From: a virus
Lineage: Duplodnaviria > Caudoviricetes
DNA: 55,741 bases
Reading direction: 5' to 3' (one strand)
IMG/VR virus record: IMGVR_UViG_3300038436_000236
Location: 1-55,741 of that record
Position numbers and translations under genes: made by a program. Under the pieces are notes generated by a model. It worked only from the letters and a program-made list of their open reading frames with translations. It was not told the DNA's origin and ran no database searches. Shown piece after piece: positions 36,820-44,932 of this stretch (the stretch's first letter is position 1; each line of letters opens with the position of its first letter).

Positions 36820-36856
36820 AAGCCGCTGCCACTGGAAAATGGTAAGCGGCTTTTTT
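36820..36856 (+). terminator. Rho-independent terminator
   Basis: AAGCCGCT..AGCGGCTT followed by a T run. Confidence 0.7.
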
Positions 36857-36866
36857 GTTTTTCCCC

Positions 36867-36895
36867 TTGATTTTGTGCAGGTATCTTTGTAATTT
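36867..36895 (+). promoter_or_regulatory. Putative promoter of the C4-like unit
   Basis: TTGATT-17 nt-TAATTT upstream of the CACGGCAAAATCCGTG hairpin. Confidence 0.5.
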
Positions 36896-37021
36896 GTGGC
36901 TGTCACGGCAAAATCCGTGATCTGGTTTGCAAGCCAGGATTCGAGGTGGGCATGCCGCCGCTTATAACAAGCATCAGGCGGCTTTTTTTATGCCCACGGC
37001 TAGGCTCTCGCATTTCTTTTT

Positions 37022-37094
37022 GGGCGGGCCTGGCGGGGAGCTTTCGGGCTCGCCGGTTCTCGAATCCGGTCTTGCAACCTGCCAGGTTCCGTCC
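37022..37094 (+). ncRNA. P1 C4 / P4 CI-type antisense RNA
   Basis: Outer stem GGGCGGGCCTGGCGGG/CCTGCCAGGTTCCGTCC, hairpin GAGC-TTTCGG-GCTC, hairpin CCGG-TTCTCGAAT-CCGG, bulge CTTGCAA; complementary targets on both sides; overlapping ORF 36927..37121 reads like the Ash family. Confidence 0.8.
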
Positions 37095-37154
37095 TTTTCG
37101 TTTGCAAGCGTTGGGGACTGAATTTCCAGCATTCTCTATTCGAGGTGTAGTGTC

Positions 37155-37379
37155 ATGCAATCCAAAAACGTCATAGACTTGAATAATCGTAGTAACCTTG
37201 GGGCGCGCCCTGCAACAAGCGGTCTTCCTTGTGAGAATATGTTACGGCAGGCGTCTGGAGTTGCAAAGTTGGTCGATATGTATCTTGACAACGGGGTCAA
37301 TACTGTTGCCGAAAAAGAGATCATTCAGCAGGCGTGCGGTGCAATTTCAAGCCTGATCGATGTGGCGTTGCATAATTAA
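37155..37379 (+). CDS. Small hypothetical protein under C4-like control, paralog of 36575..36793
   Basis: RBS GAGGTG overlaps target ATTCGAG; YLD..EIIQQAC..LIDVAL. Confidence 0.7.
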   Translation: MQSKNVIDLNNRSNLGARPATSGLPCENMLRQASGVAKLVDMYLDNGVNTVAEKEIIQQACGAISSLIDVALHN

Positions 37380-37440
37380 TTTATAAAAAATCCTGCTTAT
37401 TTTCCCAAAAAATATACTCCTAAAAATAAAAAAGTCATTG

Positions 37441-37473
37441 AGCCCCTGTCTTTTCGGAGATAGGGGCTTTTTT
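37441..37473 (+). terminator. Rho-independent terminator
   Basis: AGCCCCTGTCT-TTTCGG-AGATAGGGGCT followed by a T run. Confidence 0.8.
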
Positions 37474-37606
37474 GTTGTTTTTTGTTAAACATCTGTGAAC
37501 ATTCGGAAACATTCGAATGTCATTCGCCGCATCATATGTGCCGTGTAACTGGTTATTAAATCATCTTTTTTAGGAGATATAGCTTTTCGTCAGATCTTGC
37601 GCTTTA

Positions 37607-37912
37607 TGCGACCGCATATGCGACCGCATTGCGACCGGAATGCGGATTTTATGCGTTGAAAATGCGCTTGAATTTTGGCCAAAAAACACCCGAAAAAGTG
37701 AAGGGTAATATTGTTTGCTAGGCGGATAATTTCCGATTTTGAAGGGTAATATTGATTGATAGGTTTGACGAAATTCAAGGAAAAATATTCGTAATGTGTT
37801 GATATTAAAAGATAAAACCATCATGCGGTCGCAATGCGGTCGCAATGCGGTCGCATTACGGGCGGATATGCGGAGTTAAAGCGACCGGAATGCCCCTTTC
37901 CTTTCCTTTCCC
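37607..37912. repeat. Two inverted arrays of an 11-bp repeat (ATGCGGTCGCA) flanking an AT-rich spacer; candidate replication origin
   Basis: TGCGACCGCAT at 37607 and 37619, variant at 37630; ATGCGGTCGCA three times at 37823-37855; variant at 37881; (CCTTT)3 at 37895-37909. Confidence 0.8.
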
Positions 37913-37995
37913 TTATAAAAAATAATAGCCTCGTTTATTTTTTTTCTCTGGATTTTTCCTAACACATTTCCTGCTGAGAGAAGTTGAAAAAAACC

Positions 37996-38036
37996 TTGAC
38001 GACATAAAAAAGAAAATCTATTATCCATGGTGAATA
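37996..38036 (+). promoter_or_regulatory. Promoter of scaffold/capsid genes with operator over the -10 box
   Basis: TTGACG-17 nt-TATTAT; TATTATCCATGGTGAATA at 38019-38036 inside the longer inverted repeat AAAATCTATT..AATAGATTTT. Confidence 0.7.
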
Positions 38037-38080
38037 GATTTTTATCTTAACCGGCGAGAGCCTCATGGAGAAAAAGCGAG

Positions 38081-38854
38081 ATGCCTTTCAAAGCAAAAGT
38101 TGATGAAAACGGGTTTGTGGTGGTCAAAGACGGCAATGCGGTGTTGCTCAACGACGCAGGGGAAGAGGTCATGTTCACGGCACCTGAGAAGGTCAGCGAG
38201 CTTAACCGGGAATCTGCGAGCCGCAGGCATGAAATCAAAGAGCTGAAAGAAAAGCTCTCGCCGTTTGATGGCCTGGATGCTGCCGAAATCAAGGAGCTGA
38301 AGGCGTTCAAGGAGAATAACAAGGACGCAAAAACTCAAATCGAGCAGATCAAGGCTCAGATCGCCAAAACCTACGAGGAACAGATCGCCGGGAAAGATTC
38401 CGTCCTTTCGGAAAAAGATAAGCTGATCCGCAAGTTGTCTGTCTCAAATCAGTTTGTCGGGTCAAAGTTTTTGACGGAGAACACCGTTTTGCCGGCTGAA
38501 ATCGCTGAAGCGTATTTTGGCCAGTATTTCGAGGTGCGGGACGGCGGGTCTGTGGTCGCAAAGTTCGGAGGCAATGATATTTATTCCAAGACCAAGCCGG
38601 GGGAGCTGGCTTCGTTCGAGGAAGCGATTAAGCACATTGTCGAAAATTCCGCGTTCAAGGACGCGATCATGCGTGATCCTGGCCAAAGCGGAACGGGAGC
38701 GCTGGGTGGACAGAGAAAGCCCGCGACGGGCGGCGGGGTGAACCCGTGGATGAAGGAAACAAGAAACCTCACTATGCAAAGTAAAATTGCCTCGGAAAAC
38801 CCGCAACTCGCCAGCAACATGAAGGCGGCGGCGGGAATTCAGACCGGGGCGTAA
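38081..38854 (+). CDS. Capsid scaffolding protein (DUF6651-like)
   Basis: Directly upstream of capsid; coiled coil, QFVGSKF..AYFGQYF..IYSKTKPGELASFEEAI, C-terminal NPW..NLTMQ. Confidence 0.8.
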   Translation: MPFKAKVDENGFVVVKDGNAVLLNDAGEEVMFTAPEKVSELNRESASRRHEIKELKEKLSPFDGLDAAEIKELKAFKENNKDAKTQIEQIKAQIAKTYEEQIAGKDSVLSEKDKLIRKLSVSNQFVGSKFLTENTVLPAEIAEAYFGQYFEVRDGGSVVAKFGGNDIYSKTKPGELASFEEAIKHIVENSAFKDAIMRDPGQSGTGALGGQRKPATGGGVNPWMKETRNLTMQSKIASENPQLASNMKAAAGIQTGA

Positions 38855-38874
38855 AATAAAAAGGACGGTAAAAA

Positions 38875-39915
38875 ATGCCCCCCACTTTAGGCGCAGATAT
38901 CACAATTGTTCCGGAAGAATTTCTTCCCCATGTAATCGAGTACTCCACGAAGTTGTCGGCGCTTGTTCAGGCTGGCATCGTTATTCCTGACCCTGTTTTC
39001 GACGCGGAAGCGAAGAAGGGCGGGAAGCTGATTGATATGCCATTCTGGAAGGATGTCGATGATGATTCGCAGGTCATTGACGACACTGTTGACACCACTA
39101 TCAACCCCATTGACCAGAGCGGTGATATTGCGGTCAAGCTCATGCGGGAAAATGCGTGGGGTGCGTCTGACCTGTCCGCTGCCCTGGCCGGGTCTGATCC
39201 GGTTGACTCTCTGGCTCAGATGATCGGCGGGTACTGGGCAAGGGAGGAGCAGCGCGTTTTGATGTATGTTCTTAACGGGGTGTTTGCCGACAACCTTGCG
39301 AATTTCACGGGTGATCTGATCTATGACGCGTCGGTCGCTGATATTGCCGACGCGACATATGGCAACTATCTCTCCGGCGAGGTCATCATCGACGCAAAAT
39401 CGCGGCTTGGTGACGCACACGGGAAATTGACGGCGATTGCTATGCATTCCGTGCCGTACCACAACCTGGAGAAGCTCGGCCTGGTCAAGTATATCCAGAC
39501 CATCAGCACTGACGGCACGACCACGACCACGTCCGTGGCGCAGGGCGAGCCGAATCTTGTTGCAACCGGCATTCCTACCGTGTTCGGTCGGCGTGTTGTG
39601 GTTGACGACACGCTGCCCGCTGTCGCCGTGACTGGTGGGTACAAATACACGTCTTATCTGTTCGGGGCTGGCGCGATTGCCCGCGGTGAAGGTACGCCGA
39701 AGCACCCGTTTGAGATGGCGCGTGTCGCAAAGCGCGGAATCACAGAGATCTACCACCGAAGAAACTTCATTCTGCACCCGCGTGGTGTCAAGTTCCTTAA
39801 TGCCAGCGTTGCAAAGCAGTCGCCGACGAATGCGGAACTGGCCCTTGCCGCCAACTGGTCGAGGGTGTGGGAAAAGAAAAATATCCGGATTGTCAAGCTG
39901 GTAACGAACGGATAA
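38875..39915 (+). CDS. Major capsid protein
   Basis: IVPEEF..ALVQAGI..GGKLIDMPFWKD..AGSDP..AIAMHS..GRRVVVDD..YLFGAGAI..ILHPRG..NWSRV. Confidence 0.92.
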   Translation: MPPTLGADITIVPEEFLPHVIEYSTKLSALVQAGIVIPDPVFDAEAKKGGKLIDMPFWKDVDDDSQVIDDTVDTTINPIDQSGDIAVKLMRENAWGASDLSAALAGSDPVDSLAQMIGGYWAREEQRVLMYVLNGVFADNLANFTGDLIYDASVADIADATYGNYLSGEVIIDAKSRLGDAHGKLTAIAMHSVPYHNLEKLGLVKYIQTISTDGTTTTTSVAQGEPNLVATGIPTVFGRRVVVDDTLPAVAVTGGYKYTSYLFGAGAIARGEGTPKHPFEMARVAKRGITEIYHRRNFILHPRGVKFLNASVAKQSPTNAELALAANWSRVWEKKNIRIVKLVTNG

Positions 39916-39936
39916 AGGGTTGCCGCAGAAAAAGCG

Positions 39937-39977
39937 AAAAGCCGGGATTTGGGGTTTACCCGAACCCGGCTTTTTTT
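39937..39977 (+). terminator. Terminator after capsid gene
   Basis: AAAAGCCGGG..CCCGGCTTTTTTT. Confidence 0.8.
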
Positions 39978-40008
39978 GTTTAAAGATTTCATGTTTGAGG
40001 TGGTCGAT

Positions 40009-40311
40009 ATGATGCAATGGAATTCGTTGAATATTATGCCTGGCCTGGTATTTGAAGGGGCGCTTCCCGATGGCGCTGAAAAGGTGCACGCCATGCGCGG
40101 GCTCCCGATTCCTTGCCGTGTGTGGGTCGAGCCTGCTGCCGGTGATACTGTGGCGGTCGAGTATAGCTATAACAACGGGAAGACGTGGAAGCCGTGGGCT
40201 AACGGCCCTGTCACCGTAAACGCAGAGGACGGGCTTGACCTTGGGGTCACGCATCTGAAATTCCAGCGAACTGCAGGCGAGGGCGTAACCTCTGCTTATG
40301 GGGTGTGCTGA
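40009..40311 (+). CDS. Small beta-rich virion protein (possible head decoration or fibre base)
   Basis: GAGGTG RBS; VAVEYSYNNGKTW; position after capsid. Confidence 0.5.
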   Translation: MMQWNSLNIMPGLVFEGALPDGAEKVHAMRGLPIPCRVWVEPAAGDTVAVEYSYNNGKTWKPWANGPVTVNAEDGLDLGVTHLKFQRTAGEGVTSAYGVC

Positions 40312-40958
40312 TGATCGGCTGGAGAAATGAAAGCAGGGTTGCGATTGATTTTGCCGCTTTACCGCCTGCTGCACAGAATCCTGGTCGAGCTATCCGCTGC
40401 AATCCTTTGGTTGTCGGACAGCCTTATTTCTGGATGGAATCAGATGGGGAATTCTGGCGTCCGCTTGGTGGTGCGCAGGTGTTGTATTCACTCAATGCGG
40501 ATATCCAGATGCCAGCGTCACCTACGTCTGATTGGGTTGAATGTGTGTCAATACCTATCCCGCCTATGATGTTTCCGGACAGTCGGCTTGCCTTACGCAC
40601 TATTATTGGTATTGATAAGGTTGGTACTGCTGATATTCTTAACGTTTATCAGAAGTTTAGTGCTTCTGAAACTGCACCAAACCTGTTTCAGTCAACACTA
40701 AGTATGACAGCAGTGTCGGGTGGTATGACAAACCAGGCATCGCGAGAAACTTCCACCACGTTCCGCAAACACGGAGCGGCAGGAGCGGCAACAAATGCAG
40801 CATTATCTGTCGTGTCTGTTACAGCTCGCATGGCTGCAGTAACTGTGCAGGATCTTGATACTCAAACTAACTATTTCTCAGTATGGGGGCGGCTGACCAC
40901 GGGCGGATTAGGAGATTACGGGATTCTCCATGAGTTCAACATGGAGATTGTTGGATGA
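40311..40958 (+). CDS. Fibre-like virion protein, paralog A
   Basis: FAALPPA..CNPL..YFWMESDGEFWRP..AQVLYSL; TGATG coupling. Confidence 0.6.
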   Translation: MIGWRNESRVAIDFAALPPAAQNPGRAIRCNPLVVGQPYFWMESDGEFWRPLGGAQVLYSLNADIQMPASPTSDWVECVSIPIPPMMFPDSRLALRTIIGIDKVGTADILNVYQKFSASETAPNLFQSTLSMTAVSGGMTNQASRETSTTFRKHGAAGAATNAALSVVSVTARMAAVTVQDLDTQTNYFSVWGRLTTGGLGDYGILHEFNMEIVG

Positions 40959-41581
40959 GAACAGTTAATTTTACAGACCTCCCTCCGGCTGTGTTGAATT
41001 CTGGGCGGAAAATGCGTTGTAATCCGCTGGCCGCCGGACAGTCGTACTTCTGGATGGAATCTGATGGTGTGTTTTGGCGACCATGGTGTGGTGCACAAGT
41101 GCTGTATTCGCTTGCTGCGCCTATAACGTTTTCTGATGTTGCCGGGCTGCAGCTTGGCTTGTCCGTACCTGTTCCACCGAAATTACTACCTGACGGTCGT
41201 GCACGACTGCGCGTTGTCGCGGGGTTTGATCATCTTGGCGGGGTCACTCAGTCACCGGCTATTCAAATAAAAATAGGGCCACTTCAAGAGGATAACGAGC
41301 CGAATCTTATCAGCATTGCATTGGTCACGGCAAATATTTCTTTAGGAATGGTGCAGCAGTTCTATAGGACTGCGCCAACAGTAATGCGCAAACAGGGTTC
41401 TGGTTCTGTAGGTAACGCCGCATCGATGTCTGGGAGTGGCTCTGTCGTGAGACCTGCAGGATGGGATGTCGGGGATATGGACACTGTAACGAATTACCTC
41501 ACAGTTTGGCAATCTCTCGCTACAGGAAACATTGGAGAATATGGCGTACTGCACACTTTCATTCTTGAATTAATCGGATAA
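40955..41581 (+). CDS. Fibre-like virion protein, paralog B
   Basis: FTDLPPA..CNPL..YFWMESDGVFWRP..AQVLYSL; C-terminus YGVLHTFILELIG similar to paralog A. Confidence 0.6.
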   Translation: MRTVNFTDLPPAVLNSGRKMRCNPLAAGQSYFWMESDGVFWRPWCGAQVLYSLAAPITFSDVAGLQLGLSVPVPPKLLPDGRARLRVVAGFDHLGGVTQSPAIQIKIGPLQEDNEPNLISIALVTANISLGMVQQFYRTAPTVMRKQGSGSVGNAASMSGSGSVVRPAGWDVGDMDTVTNYLTVWQSLATGNIGEYGVLHTFILELIG

Positions 41582-41588
41582 GGAAAAT

Positions 41589-41948
41589 ATGAAAACAAAT
41601 TTAACAATGGCGGAAAGAGAAGCGCTCCCAAACAAAGCCTTGTGTGTTGCTCAAGGTGATGGCTTGTGGACGGTATACGAAGTTGGCGATACTCTGCCGG
41701 AATTGCCTGTGCCGGTGGTCACGCCCGAGGTTTCACGATTTCAGTTTAAATTGGCTTTGGCGCAAGCTGGGTTATTGAAACTTGTTGAGGACTATGTCGC
41801 AGGATCATCGGATATGCAGTTGAAAGTCTTTTGGGCAGAGGCCCCGCTGTTTGCCCGTAATCATCCGATGGTTGTCGGGACAGGCGCTGTTCTCGGTAAA
41901 ACCGATGCGGAGCTTGACGGCCTTTTCACTTTGGCGATGAGCTTATAA
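41589..41948 (+). CDS. Fibre-associated (assembly chaperone-like) protein
   Basis: VSRFQFKLAL..GLL..W..A..F.RNHP..ELDGLF pattern usually seen after tail fibre genes. Confidence 0.6.
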   Translation: MKTNLTMAEREALPNKALCVAQGDGLWTVYEVGDTLPELPVPVVTPEVSRFQFKLALAQAGLLKLVEDYVAGSSDMQLKVFWAEAPLFARNHPMVVGTGAVLGKTDAELDGLFTLAMSL

Positions 41949-41963
41949 AGGGGCTGGTGATTT

Positions 41964-42338
41964 ATGGCATATTCACAAGATACTGATTTTGCGAAATACG
42001 AGAAGCGTGTTCTTGACCTGTCTTCGTCAGGTGAATGGACGGGGAAACACGATCTTGCCGGTGAGGATATCGACTTGAGGCTTACCGCAAAGGGAATTGA
42101 TCCTGCCGAATTGACCGTAGAAGGGAAAGAGCAGCTCAAGAAAGCATCAGTGTTCCGGGCGCTGTATCTCATTTTTGACGAACTCGCATCAATGGGGTCG
42201 GAGCTGCACGCCGCGAGAAGCGAATCATACGGGAAGCGGTTCAAGGAGGAGTTCGACTTGCAACTCAGTATCGGGCTTGACGCTGACGCTGACAACGGGG
42301 CCGAACAGGGGTCTATCTCTATCGAGCTGGTGCGCTGA
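41964..42338 (+). CDS. Putative head-tail adaptor
   Basis: MAYS start, size and position before tail genes. Confidence 0.55.
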   Translation: MAYSQDTDFAKYEKRVLDLSSSGEWTGKHDLAGEDIDLRLTAKGIDPAELTVEGKEQLKKASVFRALYLIFDELASMGSELHAARSESYGKRFKEEFDLQLSIGLDADADNGAEQGSISIELVR

Positions 42339-42339
42339 C

Positions 42340-42816
42340 ATGAGTGACGGGGATAATGTCATTGAGGCGGGGAAAACGCGTCTTGAGTCAATTACGGTGG
42401 TTAACGGGTACACTCTTGATGTCGGGTATGTCGAAAGGCAATTCGCTTGGCCTGATGAAATCGGGCAGCGGTTTCCTGCGCTGCTTATCATCCCTGGCGG
42501 GGTTGTGCCGCTGGAGAAGGGAATGCAGAGCTATAACCAACCAGTGGACAGGCGAATTTCTGTTTTTTGTTATGTTTTTGAACAGCATAACCCGTCTTCT
42601 GCTCTGGAGAATTTGCAGGCTGAGGTATTGAAGGCTTTTTTCTCTGAGCCTGCTTGTCTTGGCGGCGCGGTAAGCGACATTCGGTGGGTTGGCGCTGATT
42701 CGTCGGCGTCGGCGTTTTCGGTTGTCGGGTTCAATGTTGGGTTTCTGCCGCCGATCGGGGTGGCGCGGATGGATTTTATTTTCCGGCATAATCAAAATTT
42801 AGTTGGGGGTGCATGA
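42340..42816 (+). CDS. Putative tail terminator
   Basis: RLESITVVNGY..FPAL..LGGAV; directly upstream of the major tail gene. Confidence 0.6.
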   Translation: MSDGDNVIEAGKTRLESITVVNGYTLDVGYVERQFAWPDEIGQRFPALLIIPGGVVPLEKGMQSYNQPVDRRISVFCYVFEQHNPSSALENLQAEVLKAFFSEPACLGGAVSDIRWVGADSSASAFSVVGFNVGFLPPIGVARMDFIFRHNQNLVGGA

Positions 42817-44162
42817 TGGGAAGAAAATTTACTAATAAAATGGCTTTACTGATCGGTGCGGAGGGCGCGGGAAATTACGGCATTCCGCCCACCCCATACG
42901 ATAACACGAATTATGAGGGGGTTATTGTTTCCTCGCCGAATATCAAGCCGACCGGTGAAAAAATTGTGCGGGATTTCGTCCGTACAACTTTCACCAAGAC
43001 TGCAAACGGCGTCGGCAGAAAGCTGAACGCTATTTCCTTCAATACGGAGTTCAAGGGGACAAATAATGCAGCGAATCCCGAGTCCTCTTTTTATCTGCAT
43101 ACACTGATGAAGGCGTGTGGCCTTATCCCTGTTTCGCTCACCTGGTTGTCTTCTACCGGCACGGGTGCGTCTGTATGCGACAAGGTGTATCTCATCGAGC
43201 TGAAGAACACGGACAATTGTCATGAGCTGACGCTTTATGAAAACCTCTGGATGGTGGACAATGCGGCTACGCCGTTGAACGTCAAGGCTGTAGTGGTCGG
43301 CCTTGGTCGGCGCAAGGATTCCGACGCGGACACCGCCCATAATGACCTGCTCGCCATTGCTATCCCCACGGCATCGACTGTTGATCTTACAAAAACGCAT
43401 GTGTTCCGCAGGGATAATGCCGGGGCTCCTGCCGCATTGACGATTGTTGAAGCGTTGTTCGTTGCCTCCGCTTCGGTGATGTGGCGCGGTGCGGCGTTCA
43501 TGCCCACTTCCGCGTATCAGAGCATCGTTGACCAGGCTTTCACGGCGCATTATCAGCTTGACGATATCAGGCACGAATCGCCCGGCTGTCTCGGGTCTTT
43601 TCAGCTTGTGATTAAAGACGGGTCTGTTCCGAGCCTTGATTTCAATATTACCGGGCTATGGAAAGACCCGATTGACCTTGCTCCGATTGCTGGGATCGTC
43701 TTCCCTGACTGGCAACCGCCTTCCGTCTGTCGAGCCAATTTTATTATTGCGCAAAACGGCGGCGCTGGCGTCGGCCTGACTTCAGTATTCAGGCCGAGCT
43801 TTACACAGTTCAGTTTTGATATTGGAACGGCTGTTACTCTCATTCCGAACTGCAACGCAACGGAATGCGCGGGGGAGGTCGGCATTACAGATCGGAACTC
43901 AAAGGGCAGCGTTGATCCGCTGGTGGATAGTCTTTCTGCATTCAACCCGTGGTCAACCTGGAGCGCCGGGAGCACAAAGTTTATTTCTTTCTGTATCGGA
44001 TATGCGGCGACGGGAGACAAGGGCAAGGTGGTCATGTTCAATGCCCCTGAAGCTGTCTTTGAGGGTAACGGGTATCAGGACAGAAGCGGGATGGCTGCGT
44101 ATGCTATCGAATTGTCGTTTGCGGGTAATGCTGATGATGAATTTGTTTTCATTTTCGGTTAA
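42813..44162 (+). CDS. Major tail (tube) protein with internal insertion
   Basis: E..YG, R.FVR, LMKACG, GCLGSF, FNITGL, ITDRNSKGS, YQDRSG, DDEF motifs; precedes chaperone and tape measure. Confidence 0.75.
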   Translation: MMGRKFTNKMALLIGAEGAGNYGIPPTPYDNTNYEGVIVSSPNIKPTGEKIVRDFVRTTFTKTANGVGRKLNAISFNTEFKGTNNAANPESSFYLHTLMKACGLIPVSLTWLSSTGTGASVCDKVYLIELKNTDNCHELTLYENLWMVDNAATPLNVKAVVVGLGRRKDSDADTAHNDLLAIAIPTASTVDLTKTHVFRRDNAGAPAALTIVEALFVASASVMWRGAAFMPTSAYQSIVDQAFTAHYQLDDIRHESPGCLGSFQLVIKDGSVPSLDFNITGLWKDPIDLAPIAGIVFPDWQPPSVCRANFIIAQNGGAGVGLTSVFRPSFTQFSFDIGTAVTLIPNCNATECAGEVGITDRNSKGSVDPLVDSLSAFNPWSTWSAGSTKFISFCIGYAATGDKGKVVMFNAPEAVFEGNGYQDRSGMAAYAIELSFAGNADDEFVFIFG

Positions 44163-44164
44163 TC

Positions 44165-44182
44165 TATAATCCATGTATAATA
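44165..44182. promoter_or_regulatory. 18-bp operator copy TATAATCCATGTATAATA
   Basis: 16/18 match; in the gap between tail tube and chaperone genes. Confidence 0.65.
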
Positions 44183-44201
44183 GGGAATTGAGGTTTTAAA
44201 T

Positions 44202-44654
44202 ATGCGTGATTTGTCGAAAAAAAAGAACGTGATGGAGATTCAGGACGGTGTGTCCGGAGATATTCATGAGCTGTTTTACCGGCTCCCCACCAACACGGAA
44301 ATTGCCGCCTTTCATGCCTCCTGCTTTGCGCGGGAGGGGAATACCATCAAGGTCAATGTCCATGGTTCCCGCGTGCAATACGGGTTGCTTGTCCTGGAGG
44401 GATTCACGAAAGGGTCTTTCGGTCTTGATGGAAAGCCGTTTGCAAGCGATCCGGCAGACGCGGATTATATGGAGAACTGGAAAGACATTCTGAGGGAAGA
44501 GGCTTCCGATATCCTGGCCGTGTTCGCGGTGCAGGTGTTTGAGGGCACGAAGGTCCGGAAAGGCGGTGGCGTGAAAGTTGATTTCGTGGGCGGAAGCGGC
44601 GGCGATGGGGGAACCGATAAGCTCCCTTTAGCGCCGGGCCTGGCTTCGATTTAA
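44202..44654 (+). CDS. Tail assembly chaperone (gpG-like)
   Basis: Between tube and tape measure genes; slippery C-CCT-TTA at 44624-44630. Confidence 0.75.
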   Translation: MRDLSKKKNVMEIQDGVSGDIHELFYRLPTNTEIAAFHASCFAREGNTIKVNVHGSRVQYGLLVLEGFTKGSFGLDGKPFASDPADADYMENWKDILREEASDILAVFAVQVFEGTKVRKGGGVKVDFVGGSGGDGGTDKLPLAPGLASI

Positions 44655-44923
44655 TCGCGGAGCTTGAGGCGTATTTCGATGGGGGGTGTACTGATGCGCG
44701 GCGGAAGAAGTGTACTGCAGACAATGGGGTGTATCTGGATGCCGTCTGCAAGTCGTGCGATAGGCGGGACTGGTCCCCATCGGAATACGTTTCAACCCTG
44801 TGCGATATCGTGTTGTTAATCGAGGCTGGCTTTCATTTTGGGACCGAAGATTTCCCGCTTTCCTATTGGCTGGATATCGGCAGGGCGAGGATGTTTTTCC
44901 GTGCGCGGTTTAATCCGCTTTAG
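44624..44923 (+). CDS. -1 frameshift extension of the tail chaperone (gpGT-like)
   Basis: The -1 frame is open from the slippery site through ORF 44729..44923. Confidence 0.7.
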   Translation, partial: PFSAGPGFDLIAELEAYFDGGCTDARRKKCTADNGVYLDAVCKSCDRRDWSPSEYVSTLCDIVLLIEAGFHFGTEDFPLSYWLDIGRARMFFRARFNPL

Positions 44924-44932
44924 GGTGCGTTG

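Noticed and set aside
36927-37121. Ash-like ORF as an independent protein gene
   Set aside because: TTG start without a clear RBS and it coincides with the C4-like RNA; the RNA structure explains the sequence pattern, though translation is not excluded
37487-37525. Short AACATTCG repeats
   Set aside because: Only two exact copies of an 8-mer plus weak variants; too little to support a call
37607-37855. 11-bp repeats as a CRISPR array, and ORFs 37570..37845 and 37590..37778
   Set aside because: Repeats are too short, tandem and lack spacers; the ORFs only translate the repeats
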